Shown here piece by piece: positions 39,669 through 49,177 of a stretch of 64,000 bases of DNA. How positions within the stretch are numbered: the stretch's first letter is position 1; each line of letters starts with the position of its first letter. A program made the position numbers and the translations under genes. The notes under the pieces were generated by a model. It ran no database searches. It was not told the DNA's origin and worked only from the letters and a program-made list of their open reading frames with translations. Origin of the DNA: a bacterium (GTDB taxonomy: Bacteria; CAIWAD01). The stretch is from contig JAUIFJ010000013.1 in NCBI GenBank assembly GCA_030429345.1, forward strand, positions 13,812 to 77,811, in the 5' to 3' direction.

Positions 39669-40592
39669 GTGGGACTGCTGGGGAAATTCTCGCGGGCACT
39701 GAGCCGCAGCCGCGACTCCCTTGGCGAACGCATTCGCCAGCTGGCCGGCGTGGGCCGGCGCCTCGACGCCGAACTGCTCGAGGAACTGGAGGAGGCCCTG
39801 CTGGTCTCCGACCTGGGGCCGGACCTGTGTGATACGGTGATCCATGCCCTGCGCGAACGGGCAAAGCTCGATTCCGGCACCGGCCTGGCGAAGATGATCG
39901 AGGAAGAGCTGCTCAAGGCCATGGGCGAGCGGCAGCAGGACGCGCCGCGCCCCCCGGCCGGAGAGCTGCGGGTGATCCTGGTCGTCGGGGTCAACGGCGC
40001 CGGCAAGACCACCACCATCGGCAAGCTGGCGCACCGCCTGCGCGAAGAGGGCGGCCAGGTGATGATCGCCGCCGCCGACACCTTCCGCGCCGCGGCCATC
40101 GAGCAGCTGGAGCGCTGGGCCGAACGCGCCGGTGCGCAGCTGGTCAAGTCGAAACCCGGGGCTGATCCCGCGGCGGTGGCCTACGACGCCCTGGGCGCGG
40201 CGAAGGCCCGCGGTTGTGACACGCTTCTGGTCGACACGGCCGGCCGGCTGCAGAACAAGAAGAACCTGATGCAGGAACTGGAAAAAATGGGCCGCGTGCT
40301 CGGACGCGCCCTGCCCGGCGCGCCCCACGAGGTGCTGCTGGTGCTGGACGGCACGACAGGCCAGAACGCCCTGAGCCAGGCGCGGCTCTTCAGCGAGGCC
40401 AGCGGCGTCAACGGCCTGGTGGTGACCAAGCTCGACGGCACGGCCCGCGGCGGCATTGCCCTGGCGATCCACCGCGAGCTGGGCCTGCCCCTGCGCTGGG
40501 TCGGCACGGGCGAGGGCATCGACGACCTGCAGCCCTTCGACGCCGGCCTGTATACGCGCGCCCTATTCGAGGAGCTCAAGCTGGATGAGTAG
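39669..40592 (+). CDS. ftsY: Signal-recognition-particle receptor FtsY (NG domain only)
   Basis: GTG start immediately after the nadK stop. VGVNGAGKTTTIGKLA, DTAGRLQNKKNLMQEL, VVTKLDGTARGG. Confidence 0.93.
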   Translation: MGLLGKFSRALSRSRDSLGERIRQLAGVGRRLDAELLEELEEALLVSDLGPDLCDTVIHALRERAKLDSGTGLAKMIEEELLKAMGERQQDAPRPPAGELRVILVVGVNGAGKTTTIGKLAHRLREEGGQVMIAAADTFRAAAIEQLERWAERAGAQLVKSKPGADPAAVAYDALGAAKARGCDTLLVDTAGRLQNKKNLMQELEKMGRVLGRALPGAPHEVLLVLDGTTGQNALSQARLFSEASGVNGLVVTKLDGTARGGIALAIHRELGLPLRWVGTGEGIDDLQPFDAGLYTRALFEELKLDE

Positions 40593-41940
40593 CAAACCCG
40601 GCCTCTATGTCCACACGGTGGGCTGCGCCAAGAACCTGGTCGATTCGGAAATGCTGGCCGGCCTGGCCGGGGAGCGCGTGCGCCTGGTCGATGAAGGCGA
40701 GCAGGCGGACCTGATCGTGGTCAACACCTGCGGCTTCATCGACGCCGCCAAGACCGAGAGCATCGACGCCGTCATGGAGGCCGTGCAGCTGAAGGGCGAG
40801 CAGCCCGGGCGCAAGGTCTTCGTGATGGGCTGCCTGAGCAAGCGCTACCGGGAAGAGATCCGCGCCGAGATCCCGGAAGTCGACGGCGTATACGGAGTCG
40901 GCGAGTTCCAGGCCGTGCTGCACGACGCCGGGCTTTCCGGAGCGGCCAGCGTGCCGCCGGAGCTGGAAGTCTTCGAGCGGCGTACCCTGCTCGGCCCCTC
41001 GCACAGCGCCTACCTGCGCATCTCCGACGGCTGCAACCAGCACTGCACCTATTGCGCGATTCCCGGTATGCGCGGCCGCATGGTCAGCCGGCCCTTCGAG
41101 GACCTGCTGCACGAGGCGCGCTCGCTGGCCGGGCGCGGAGTGGTCGAGCTGAATGTGATCGGGCAGGAGATCTCGAGCTACGGCGAGGATCTGGGCGCCA
41201 ACCGCATCGGCGAACTGGTGCGCGAGCTGGGGCAGCTGCCGATTCCCTGGATCCGCCTGCTCTACAGCCATCCTCCCAAGGTCGACCGCGCCTTTGCCGA
41301 GGCCATCTCCGAAGCGCCCTCCGTCCTGCCCTACCTGGACTTTCCCGTGGAACATGTCAGCGGGGCCGTGCTGCGCCGCATGGCGCGCAAGGGCAATGCC
41401 GAAAGCCTTGCCGGGACCATGCGCATGCTGCGCGAGGTCAATCCGGGCATGGTGATCCGCACCTCGATCATCGTCGGGTTTCCGGGAGAAAAAGAAGAGC
41501 ACGTGCAGGAGCTGCTGGACTTCATGGAGTACAGCCCCTTCGACCGGCTGGGCGTTTTCTGCTACAGCCCGGAAGAGAACACGCCCAGCTTCCGCTACCC
41601 GGACCAGGTGCCCAGGGAAGAGGCCGAAGAGCGCAAACGCCGCGTGATGGAAAAGCAGATGGAGCTGAGCCTCTCCGCCAACCAGGACCTGATCGGGCGG
41701 GAAGAGTGGGTGCTGGTCGACGAGGTGGATCCGCAGGCCGGCATTTCGGAAGCGCGCAGCTGGCGCGACGCCCTCGAGATCGACAATACGGTGGAAATCC
41801 AGACCGCCTGCCAGCCGGGCAGCTTCGTTCCGGTGCGCTATGTGGACGCCGGCGAGTACGACCTGCGCGCCGAAAAGCTGGACCGCGAGCCGCAGGGGAA
41901 CCCCGGAAAGGGGCCGGGAGTCCACCCTGTCAGGACCTAA
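40585..41940 (+). CDS. rimO: Ribosomal protein S12 methylthiotransferase (radical SAM, MiaB/RimO family)
   Basis: LYVHTVGCAKNLVDSE, radical-SAM CNQHCTYCAIP, C-terminal TRAM-like region. Overlaps ftsY by 8 nt. Confidence 0.8.
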   Translation: MSSKPGLYVHTVGCAKNLVDSEMLAGLAGERVRLVDEGEQADLIVVNTCGFIDAAKTESIDAVMEAVQLKGEQPGRKVFVMGCLSKRYREEIRAEIPEVDGVYGVGEFQAVLHDAGLSGAASVPPELEVFERRTLLGPSHSAYLRISDGCNQHCTYCAIPGMRGRMVSRPFEDLLHEARSLAGRGVVELNVIGQEISSYGEDLGANRIGELVRELGQLPIPWIRLLYSHPPKVDRAFAEAISEAPSVLPYLDFPVEHVSGAVLRRMARKGNAESLAGTMRMLREVNPGMVIRTSIIVGFPGEKEEHVQELLDFMEYSPFDRLGVFCYSPEENTPSFRYPDQVPREEAEERKRRVMEKQMELSLSANQDLIGREEWVLVDEVDPQAGISEARSWRDALEIDNTVEIQTACQPGSFVPVRYVDAGEYDLRAEKLDREPQGNPGKGPGVHPVRT

Positions 41941-41953
41941 TGCAGGAGAGTGT

Positions 41954-43264
41954 ATGCGATTGCTCCAGTTGCTGGGCCTGAGCCTGCTGGCGTCCGGCCT
42001 GCAGGCGGCCAGTTTCACGGATCGGCAATGGCAGCCCGACTTCCAGGTCGAGCTGCAGGATTATTTCCCCGACGAGACCTCGCCCCGCCGCACGGTCTTC
42101 ACCTGCATCTTCAGCAATGCGGACCTGCAGTACCTGCGGCGCGGCGGGGAAAGCATGCCCCGCAACCTGAGCGGCTACACCTTCGAGGAAGGGCAGGAAG
42201 AGCTGCCCTTCGCCGCGCGCTACGAGATCAGCCTGGAAGTCTTCGAGCTGGATGAGCGCGAGCGCAAGGGGCGCAACGTGACCGGCGACTACGGCCGCTG
42301 GCTGGTGGCGGCTCCCGACTACGAGAGCACGCTGGACCGCAAGGAGCTGCGCTGGCATCCCTTCCAGGTCGATCTGCCCCCCGGCGACTACATGTGGTGG
42401 ATCGAGTTCCAGGACCTCAACACGCGGCGCAGCTACCGCGAGGACGGCAGGATGACCGTCCACGAGCCCGGGCCGGGCTGGGAACTGGGCCGGCTGTGGA
42501 AGACCCAGGACAGCCGGGACGAGGCGGAGAATCCGCTCGAGCTGCGCCCCGCCCCGCCCCGCGGGCTGGAGGACGGCAGCACTTTCCGCGTCTACTACCA
42601 GGTGCGCAGCGGGAAGGGGGACCGGCTCGAGCTGGGCTCGCGGATCCTCGACGGCCGCGGCAAGGTGCGGCACGAGAACCACGTCGAGAGGGACTACCCG
42701 CAGGGCGTGTCGCACAACCAGTTCCAGATTCCCCTGCAGGAGCTGGGCGCGGGCGAGTATACACTGGAATTGAGCCTGGACGACGGGGCGCACAAGAGGA
42801 CAAGCAGCACGCGCTTCAACGTGCGCTGGCAGAACGGCCCCGTATCACGGGAAGACCTGGACACGGCCATAGCCCAGCTGCGCTACATTGCCGGCCGCCG
42901 GGACCTGAAGGACATGCAGAACTCGCGGCCGCCGCACAACCGCAACCTCTTCGAGCAGTTCTGGGAGCGCTACGATCCGGATCCGGAAACGGAGGAGAAC
43001 GAGCTCAAGGAAGAGTACTACGACCGCGTCGCCGTCAGCAACGCCAGTTTCGCCTGGGCCCGCTTTCCCGGCTGGAAGTCGGACCGCGGCCGCGTATACA
43101 TTCTTTACGGCGAGCCGACCACCCGCGAGTTCTACGAGGAAAGCTTCGAGAAGCCGGCCATGGAGCGCTGGGTCTACGCCGAAAACGACCGCGAGTACTA
43201 CTTCGTCGACGAGCACGGCTTCGGCGAGTTCCGCCTGGTGCCGGAACTGGAGCTGCAGCGGTGA
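41954..43264 (+). CDS. GWxTD domain-containing secreted protein
   Basis: ATG at 41954 follows AGGAGAG. Signal peptide MRLLQLLGLSLLASGLQAAS. C-terminal PGWKSDRGRVYILYGEP is the GWxTD motif. Confidence 0.7.
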   Translation: MRLLQLLGLSLLASGLQAASFTDRQWQPDFQVELQDYFPDETSPRRTVFTCIFSNADLQYLRRGGESMPRNLSGYTFEEGQEELPFAARYEISLEVFELDERERKGRNVTGDYGRWLVAAPDYESTLDRKELRWHPFQVDLPPGDYMWWIEFQDLNTRRSYREDGRMTVHEPGPGWELGRLWKTQDSRDEAENPLELRPAPPRGLEDGSTFRVYYQVRSGKGDRLELGSRILDGRGKVRHENHVERDYPQGVSHNQFQIPLQELGAGEYTLELSLDDGAHKRTSSTRFNVRWQNGPVSREDLDTAIAQLRYIAGRRDLKDMQNSRPPHNRNLFEQFWERYDPDPETEENELKEEYYDRVAVSNASFAWARFPGWKSDRGRVYILYGEPTTREFYEESFEKPAMERWVYAENDREYYFVDEHGFGEFRLVPELELQR

Positions 43265-44217
43265 TCCGCTTGCAGCCGGTGCGCGCACCCCGCCACGACC
43301 CTCCGCGGATCACGGTGGTCGCCCCGGCGGGACCGGTGGATCCCGAGGCCCTGCAGAAAGGCCTGCAGGCCCTGCGCAAGGAAGGCTTCGAGCCGCGCGC
43401 CGCAAAGGGACTGGACGCGCGTTGGGGCCATTTGGCGGGACGGGACGAGGAACGGGCCCACTCCCTGCAGGAGGCCCTGCTCGACGAGGACTGCGACCTG
43501 GTGCTCGCCGCGCGCGGCGGTTTCGGCTGCGCGCGCCTGCTTCCGCTGTTGGACTACGAGGCCCTTGCCCGCCGCGCGCCGACCCTGATCGGCTACAGCG
43601 ACCTGAGCGCCCTGCAGATGGCCCTGCTGGCCCGCTGCGGCCTGCCTTCCCTGCACGCCCCCATGCTGGCCAGCGAATGGAGCCGCGGACTGGATCCCCC
43701 CAGCCGCGATTCGCAGCTGGCCTTCTTTCAGGCAGGCCTGGCCGGCGGACCGCTGCAGGAACTGCAGCTGCGTCCCGACCAGGTGCTGGTGCCCGGCCGC
43801 TGCGAGGGCTGGCTGGCCGCCGCAAACCTGAGCGTGCTGACCAGCCTGGCCGGCACTCCCTGGCTGCCGGACCTGCGGGGGGCCGTGCTTTTCCTCGAGG
43901 AATACGGAGAGTATCCCTTCCGCCTGGATCGTCACCTGGCCCAGCTGCGCAACTGCGGGGCCCTCGAGGGGCTGGCGGGCATCGTGCTGGGGCAGGTCTT
44001 CGGCTGCGAGGAGCCGGATCCCGACAAGTCGACCTTCAGCGCCGAGCACCTGCTGGAACAGTATTTCGGCGACCTGGGGCTGCCCGTCCTGCGCGATTTC
44101 CCCTTCGGACACCGTCCGCCCCGGCTCAGCCTGCCGCAGGGCGGACGAGTGGTCTGTGATACAGAGAAAAGCCGGCTGCTCATCCTGCCTCCCGGAAGCC
44201 CCATTCTTGCATCATAG
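43261..44217 (+). CDS. ldcA: LD-carboxypeptidase (peptidase S66, muramoyltetrapeptide carboxypeptidase)
   Basis: GTGA overlap with the upstream gene. ITVVAPAGPVD, LAGRDEERA, ARGGFGCARLL, and nucleophile motif LIGYSDLSAL. Confidence 0.8.
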   Translation: MIRLQPVRAPRHDPPRITVVAPAGPVDPEALQKGLQALRKEGFEPRAAKGLDARWGHLAGRDEERAHSLQEALLDEDCDLVLAARGGFGCARLLPLLDYEALARRAPTLIGYSDLSALQMALLARCGLPSLHAPMLASEWSRGLDPPSRDSQLAFFQAGLAGGPLQELQLRPDQVLVPGRCEGWLAAANLSVLTSLAGTPWLPDLRGAVLFLEEYGEYPFRLDRHLAQLRNCGALEGLAGIVLGQVFGCEEPDPDKSTFSAEHLLEQYFGDLGLPVLRDFPFGHRPPRLSLPQGGRVVCDTEKSRLLILPPGSPILAS

Positions 44218-44270
44218 CTGCTGAACTTCTATCATTTGCGGTTTCGCGACATCGCTCTACGGGAGGACCC

Positions 44271-45029
44271 ATGCGCCGTCCGCTGATCGCCGGCAACTGG
44301 AAAATGAACCAGGACAACCGCGAGGCCATCGAGCTGGCCCGCCAGCTCAAGGTCAAGCTGGCCGGACTGGACGGGGTCGACCTGCTGGTCTGTCCTCCGG
44401 CAACGGCCCTGGCTTCTGTCTGCGAGATCCTTGGCGGAAGCGCGGTGGCCGTCGGAGCGCAGAACCTGCACGACCGCCGGAGCGGCGCCTTCACCGGCGA
44501 GATCAGCGGAGCCATGATCCGCTCGACGGGCGCCGACTGGGTGCTGATCGGCCACAGCGAGCGCCGGCAGTTCTTCGGGGACGACGAGGACTGGATCGCC
44601 CGCAAGCTGCTGGCGGCCTTTGAATGCGAGATCCACCCCGTGCTCTGCATTGGCGAGACCCTGGCCGAACGCGAAGCCGGGCAGCTGGAAACGGTCCTGC
44701 GCCGCCAGCTGCTGCAACCGCTGGAGAACCTGGGCGAGGACCAGCTGGCGAAAATCATCGTCGCCTACGAGCCGGTCTGGGCCATCGGCACCGGAGTGGT
44801 GGCCACGCCTCAGCAGGCGCAGGATGCCCACGCCCTGGTGCGCGGCCTTTTCGCCTCGCGCGCCGGCCAGGCCGCGGCCGACAGGCTGCGCATTCTCTAT
44901 GGCGGCAGCGTGAAGCCGGACAATGCCGGCGAACTGCTGTCCTGCCCGGACATTGACGGAGCCCTCGTGGGCGGCGCCAGCCTGGACGCCGCCAGTTTCC
45001 AGGGCATCGCCGCCGCGGCGACCAACTGA
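44271..45029 (+). CDS. tpiA: Triosephosphate isomerase
   Basis: RRPLIAGNWKMN, LIGHSERR, IVAYEPVWAIGTG, ILYGGSV. Confidence 0.97.
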   Translation: MRRPLIAGNWKMNQDNREAIELARQLKVKLAGLDGVDLLVCPPATALASVCEILGGSAVAVGAQNLHDRRSGAFTGEISGAMIRSTGADWVLIGHSERRQFFGDDEDWIARKLLAAFECEIHPVLCIGETLAEREAGQLETVLRRQLLQPLENLGEDQLAKIIVAYEPVWAIGTGVVATPQQAQDAHALVRGLFASRAGQAAADRLRILYGGSVKPDNAGELLSCPDIDGALVGGASLDAASFQGIAAAATN

Positions 45030-45039
45030 AGGAATTCTC

Positions 45040-45429
45040 ATGCTCTATTCCATCGTCTTCATTCTTGCCGTGCTCTGCTCCCTGCTGCTGGGGATCGTCA
45101 TCCTGATGCAGTCCAGCAAGGGCGGCGGGCTTTCCAGCGCCTTCGGCGGCGCCGGCGACAGCGGCGCGGCCTTCGGCACCCGTCAGGCGGCCAACGCGCT
45201 GCACAAGCTGACGATCAACCTGATCGCCGGTTTCATGGTCCTCAGCCTGGTGGCGACGGTCCTTTCCCGCAACACGACCGGCTCAAGCCAGATCGTGACC
45301 CGGGAAGCCCTCGAAGAGCAGAAGCTGAACAGCGGCTTCAGCGAGAGCATTCCGGCACTGGAGCTGCCGCCCCCGACCCAGAGCGGGGAAACGGCTGCGC
45401 CCGCCGGCGACGACGCCGAAGGAGAATAG
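45040..45429 (+). CDS. secG: Preprotein translocase subunit SecG
   Basis: ATG at 45040 follows AAGGAA. LLLGIVILMQSSKGGGLSSAFGG. Immediately downstream of tpiA. Confidence 0.85.
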   Translation: MLYSIVFILAVLCSLLLGIVILMQSSKGGGLSSAFGGAGDSGAAFGTRQAANALHKLTINLIAGFMVLSLVATVLSRNTTGSSQIVTREALEEQKLNSGFSESIPALELPPPTQSGETAAPAGDDAEGE

Positions 45430-45439
45430 ATCTTTTCCA

Positions 45440-45523
45440 GCCCGAGTGGTGAAATTGGTAGACACGCCATCTTGAGGGGGTGGTGTCCTAACGGACGTAG
45501 CGGTTCGAGTCCGCTCTCGGGCA
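45440..45523 (+). tRNA. tRNA-Leu (anticodon GAG), long variable arm
   Basis: GCCCGAG-TG-GTGAAATTGGTAGACAC. The anticodon stem-loop is CCATC-TTGAGGG-GGTGG. A variable arm is followed by the T arm GCGGTTCGAGTCCGC and the acceptor CTCGGGC-A. It lies 10 nt after secG. Confidence 0.9.
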
Positions 45524-45526
45524 TGG

Positions 45527-45557
45527 CCCTGTCGGTGGGAACCGGCAGGGTTTTTTT
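45527..45557 (+). terminator. Rho-independent terminator after tRNA-Leu
   Basis: CCCTGTCGGT-GGGA-ACCGGCAGGG (one G-U pair) followed by TTTTTTT. Confidence 0.8.
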
Positions 45558-45636
45558 CTGGTTTCAATCGAAAGCATTGCCGCGGCCTCCAGGAGCGCCG
45601 CGCAGGCAACCCAGCAGGCAAAACCGAGGAAACCCT

Positions 45637-46668
45637 ATGATTCGCACCCTTTTCGCCCTGGCCATGCTCTGCAGCCTGGCATTGGCTCCCCTGCAGGCCC
45701 AGACTCCCGAAATCGACGCCAAGAAAAAGGAGCTGGAGCAGCTCGTCCAGGACATGGGCAACGCGGCCAGCACCGACGAATACAACCAGATGCTGGAACG
45801 CTACAACGCCCTCAACCGCGAAATCAAGGGCCTGATGGCCGACCACAGCGCGGCCACCAACAAGGACAAGGCCTGCGCCCAGAGCATCAACAGCGCCAAC
45901 GACTGCCTGCGCAGCCGCGATTACGCCTGCGCCCGCGACATGGCCCAGCGCGCCATCGAGAGCTGCCCCGACAACCCCAAGGCCCATTACACGCTTGGAC
46001 TGGCCGAAGCCCGCCTGGGCAACGACAGCGCGGCCCAGGCGGCCTACGGGCAGGCGACCACGGCCGACCCGGGCTACTACAAGGCCTGGTTCAGCCTGGG
46101 AAAACTGCATGGCAAGGCCGGTCGCAGCAGCGCGGCGCACAGCGCCTACGACAAGGCCCTGGAGATCAACCCCTCCTACGCCAAGGCCTGGTACGAAAAG
46201 GGGCTGCTTGAATTCAACGAGCGCGACTTCGGCAACGCGGCGAAGCACTTCGCCAAGGCGACGGATGCGGACGCCAGCTACACCCTGGCCCACGAAGCCC
46301 TGGGCAAGACCTATATCGAGCTCAAGCAATGCAGCAAGGCGATCACGGCCCTAGACAAGGCGCTCAAGGACCGCGGCAACCGCAACATCGCCAGCGCCTG
46401 GTACTACAAGAGCCATGCCCTGAACATGTGCGGTCGCTTCAACGAGGCCATGCAGGCCGCCGAGAACTGCCTGGAGAAGCTGGGAAGCCTGCGCAGCAAC
46501 AAGGCCTTCGTGCGCGGCGGAGCCCACTTCGAGAAGGGCACCGCCCTGGCGGCCCAGTCCAGCTGGCAGCCGGCACTTGCTTCCTTCGAGCGTGCGACCC
46601 AGGAACGCGCCTGGCGCGACCAGGCCAGCTGGGAGATCGACCGCATCAAGAAAGAACAGGGGCTCTAG
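45637..46668 (+). CDS. Secreted tetratricopeptide (TPR) repeat protein
   Basis: ATG at 45637 follows GAGGA. Signal peptide LFALAMLCSLALAPLQAQ. Repeated TPR signatures (AHYTLGLAEARLGN, AWFSLGKLHGKAG, AWYEKGLLEFNERDFGNAAKHFAKA). Confidence 0.75.
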   Translation: MIRTLFALAMLCSLALAPLQAQTPEIDAKKKELEQLVQDMGNAASTDEYNQMLERYNALNREIKGLMADHSAATNKDKACAQSINSANDCLRSRDYACARDMAQRAIESCPDNPKAHYTLGLAEARLGNDSAAQAAYGQATTADPGYYKAWFSLGKLHGKAGRSSAAHSAYDKALEINPSYAKAWYEKGLLEFNERDFGNAAKHFAKATDADASYTLAHEALGKTYIELKQCSKAITALDKALKDRGNRNIASAWYYKSHALNMCGRFNEAMQAAENCLEKLGSLRSNKAFVRGGAHFEKGTALAAQSSWQPALASFERATQERAWRDQASWEIDRIKKEQGL

Positions 46669-46690
46669 TTCCTCGGGATCCGGAATCAGC

Positions 46691-46725
46691 ATGGCGCAGC
46701 TCTCGGGTTGCGCCATTTCTTTTTG
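46691..46725 (+). terminator. Rho-independent terminator
   Basis: ATGGCGCA (46691-46698) / TGCGCCAT (46709-46716) followed by TTCTTTTT. Confidence 0.75.
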
Positions 46726-46780
46726 GGGAAGAGCTCGCACAAAGAGCACAGAGCGGACAGAGATCACGGAGAAGAAAGAG

Positions 46781-47392
46781 ATGGAGAAAGGAGACCTGCT
46801 TGCGCTGTGTCGTGTGACGGGGCTGGTGCTGGATCACGAAGAGCAGGAGGCGGGGAGGGAGCTCACCCGGCTTGCGGAGCGGGGAGGGATCACGGCGGAA
46901 GAGGGGCACGAATGGGCACTGATGCTGCTGCTCTTCGCGGGCTATCCGGCGAGCATCTCGGCTGCCGGTCTGCTGGAACAGGCCTTCCCGGATTCCCGGG
47001 AGCTCCGCGCCGAAGAGGCGGAAACGGGAGTCTTTCTGCCACGCGGACGCGAGCTCTTCGATGCCGTCTACGGGGCGGTGGCCGATCGCGCCCTGGAGTC
47101 CCTGGCCGCGCGCAGCCGCACTTTGGCCGACTGGATCCTGGATCACGGCTACGGGCGGATTCTCTCGCGGCGTGGCCTCGATGGGGGAGCCCGCGAGGGG
47201 CTTTCGGTCTACCTGCTGGCCCGCGCCGGCTGGCGGACGCAGTTGAAGGCGCACCTGCGCGGATCCCTGCGCCTGGGACTTAAGGCGCAGACCCTGGAGG
47301 AGGTGCTGGATCTTGCTCCCGCCAGCGAGGGACTCAAGGCCGAAGCCCGCGAGTGGCTTCGCCAGCTGAGCCGGCCTTCCTCCGCTTCCTGA
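46781..47392 (+). CDS. Carboxymuconolactone-decarboxylase (AhpD-like) family protein
   Basis: Start taken at MEKGDLL. HEWALMLLLFAGYPASISAAGLL and REGLSVYLLARAGWRTQLKAHLRGSLRLGLKAQTLEEVL resemble the two CMD-domain helices. Confidence 0.5.
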   Translation: MEKGDLLALCRVTGLVLDHEEQEAGRELTRLAERGGITAEEGHEWALMLLLFAGYPASISAAGLLEQAFPDSRELRAEEAETGVFLPRGRELFDAVYGAVADRALESLAARSRTLADWILDHGYGRILSRRGLDGGAREGLSVYLLARAGWRTQLKAHLRGSLRLGLKAQTLEEVLDLAPASEGLKAEAREWLRQLSRPSSAS

Positions 47393-47456
47393 AGGAGAAG
47401 GGGATCGATCCGCGGCGGGGGCTCACTTGTCCCACATCTTCGAGTGTCATCTTGCT

Positions 47457-47485
47457 TTGACACTCCGCATTCCTTACTGTCAAAT
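47457..47485 (+). promoter_or_regulatory. Candidate sigma-70-type promoter of the endonuclease I gene
   Basis: TTGACA (47457-47462), 17-nt spacer, TCAAAT (47480-47485), about 27 nt upstream of the ATG at 47512. Confidence 0.35.
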
Positions 47486-47511
47486 TTTGCAATCAACCTG
47501 GAGATCGCTTC

Positions 47512-49053
47512 ATGATTCACCGCCCCGCACTGGGTCTCCTGTTCCTGGGAACCTGCCTTGCCGGCCCGCTGCACGCCCTGCGCTGGCAGCCCGCCGCGCT
47601 GGATTTCGGCACGCGCAGCGTCGGTCAGCCGGCAACAGCCACCGTCTGGCTGGTCAATGACGGCAGCGAGGCCATGGACCTGCCCACCCTGAGCACGCAC
47701 CTGGAAGGCCTGGACTGGCAGATTCAGGGCGGCAGCCTTGCTGCCGGCGACAGCCTGGAACTGGCACTCGACTGGACCCCGTCGCAGAACATGCCCTATC
47801 TGGGCGCGCTGGCGGCAGAGGGCGATACCGGCGGTTGGGGGCTTTCCCTTTCCGGTTCCGGCGATCTGGCTGGCAGCACCTGGGACGGAAGCTATGGCCT
47901 GAGCGGAAACGCCCTGCGCGACCACCTGCGCACGGTGGTCCGCCAGCACAGCGAACTGGGCTATACCACGGCGCGCACGATCATGTTCGGCAGCCTGGAC
48001 AACGTGGGCGGCTGGGTCGAGAGCGTGTATACGGGTTTCCAGCTGCAGACCTCCGGCATTCCGGATCACACGGTGATGAACACCGAGCACACTTGGCCGC
48101 AAAGCCTTTTCAACGGCGCGGACAGCATTCGCACGGACCTGCATCACCTTTTCCCCTGCAAGAGCAACATCAACAGCAGCCGCGGAAACCTGCCTTTCGG
48201 CAACGTGGTCAACAGCTCGAGCGGCTTTCCCACGGGAGGAGCGGACCGCGGCACCGATGCCAACGGCACCACCGTCTTCGAGCCGCGCCTGTCTCACAAG
48301 GGGGACTGCGCGCGCTCCATGTTCTATGTCGCCCTGCACTACGGCAACCTGAGCGGCTTCCTGGGCTACCAGGAAGCCACCCTGCGGGACTGGTCGGAGC
48401 TGGACCCGGTCAGCCAGAAGGAGCGGGATCGCAACGACGGCATCGAAGGCGCCCAGGGCAACCGCAATCCCTTCGTCGATCACCCGGGCTTCCTCGATCG
48501 TTTGGCCACGCTCTCCGGCAGCAACGCCAACCTGCCGGCGGTGCAGGAACTGGCGGCCTTTCCCGCTGGGGGGCTGGACCTGGGCAGCGGCACGGAAGCC
48601 GAACTGGCAGGCGGCCTGCTGCTCTGCAACACGGGCAGCCAGGTGCTGCACTTCGGCGCGCCCCTGCTCAGCCCGGCGGTCTTCGTCCTGGAGGGCTTCC
48701 CGGCCAGCCTGGCGCCCGGCGAGAGCGCGCAGTGCGTGATCCGTCCCGCGGCGGGCGAGGAAGGCGGCCTGCTGGCCAGCCTGCAATACACCAGCGAGGC
48801 GGGATCGGCGAGCCATGTGATCCAGGCCCTGGTCGAAAGCGCGCAGCCCCAGCCGCTCGAACTGCAGATCCGCATCGAGAATTTCCAGGTGGTGCTCGAA
48901 TGGAACGAGGTTCCCGGCGCCGGCGGCTATCGCATCCAGAGCCGCCTGCCCGGCGAGGGCTGGGGCGACACGAGCTTCACGACGAATCTCGCGGCCCAGC
49001 TGATCTGGGACGAGTACGAGGAAATCCGCTTCTACCGCGTGCTGTCGGAATAG
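47512..49053 (+). CDS. Secreted endonuclease I (EndA/Vvn family) flanked by Ig-like domains and a C-terminal Fn3-like domain
   Basis: Signal peptide LGLLFLGTCLAGPLHA. Ig/ASH-like ALDFGTRSVGQPATATVWLVNDG. Endonuclease I motifs NTEHTWPQS, DLHHLFPCKSNINSSRGNLPFG, KGDCARSMFYVALHY and GNRNPFVDHPGF. The final 68 aa, LELQIRIENFQVVLEWNEVPGAGGYRI..RFYRVLSE, are the C-terminal domain. Confidence 0.85.
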   Translation: MIHRPALGLLFLGTCLAGPLHALRWQPAALDFGTRSVGQPATATVWLVNDGSEAMDLPTLSTHLEGLDWQIQGGSLAAGDSLELALDWTPSQNMPYLGALAAEGDTGGWGLSLSGSGDLAGSTWDGSYGLSGNALRDHLRTVVRQHSELGYTTARTIMFGSLDNVGGWVESVYTGFQLQTSGIPDHTVMNTEHTWPQSLFNGADSIRTDLHHLFPCKSNINSSRGNLPFGNVVNSSSGFPTGGADRGTDANGTTVFEPRLSHKGDCARSMFYVALHYGNLSGFLGYQEATLRDWSELDPVSQKERDRNDGIEGAQGNRNPFVDHPGFLDRLATLSGSNANLPAVQELAAFPAGGLDLGSGTEAELAGGLLLCNTGSQVLHFGAPLLSPAVFVLEGFPASLAPGESAQCVIRPAAGEEGGLLASLQYTSEAGSASHVIQALVESAQPQPLELQIRIENFQVVLEWNEVPGAGGYRIQSRLPGEGWGDTSFTTNLAAQLIWDEYEEIRFYRVLSE

Positions 49054-49121
49054 CGGCAGCGGGCGGTATCGATTTCGGAATCGAGCGAGGTCGAAGTCCC
49101 ACTTTGTACCTGGTAACCGCA

Positions 49122-49159
49122 ACGGCCCCCCGGCAAGATCTCGCCGGGGGGCCGTTTTC
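49122..49159. terminator. Hairpin terminator between the convergent endonuclease I gene and beta-helix gene 1
   Basis: 13-bp stem ACGGCCCCCCGGC / GCCGGGGGGCCGT followed by TTTT on the plus strand. The U-tract is weaker on the minus strand. Confidence 0.75.
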
Positions 49160-49177
49160 GTGTTTCGAGGTCTTTGT

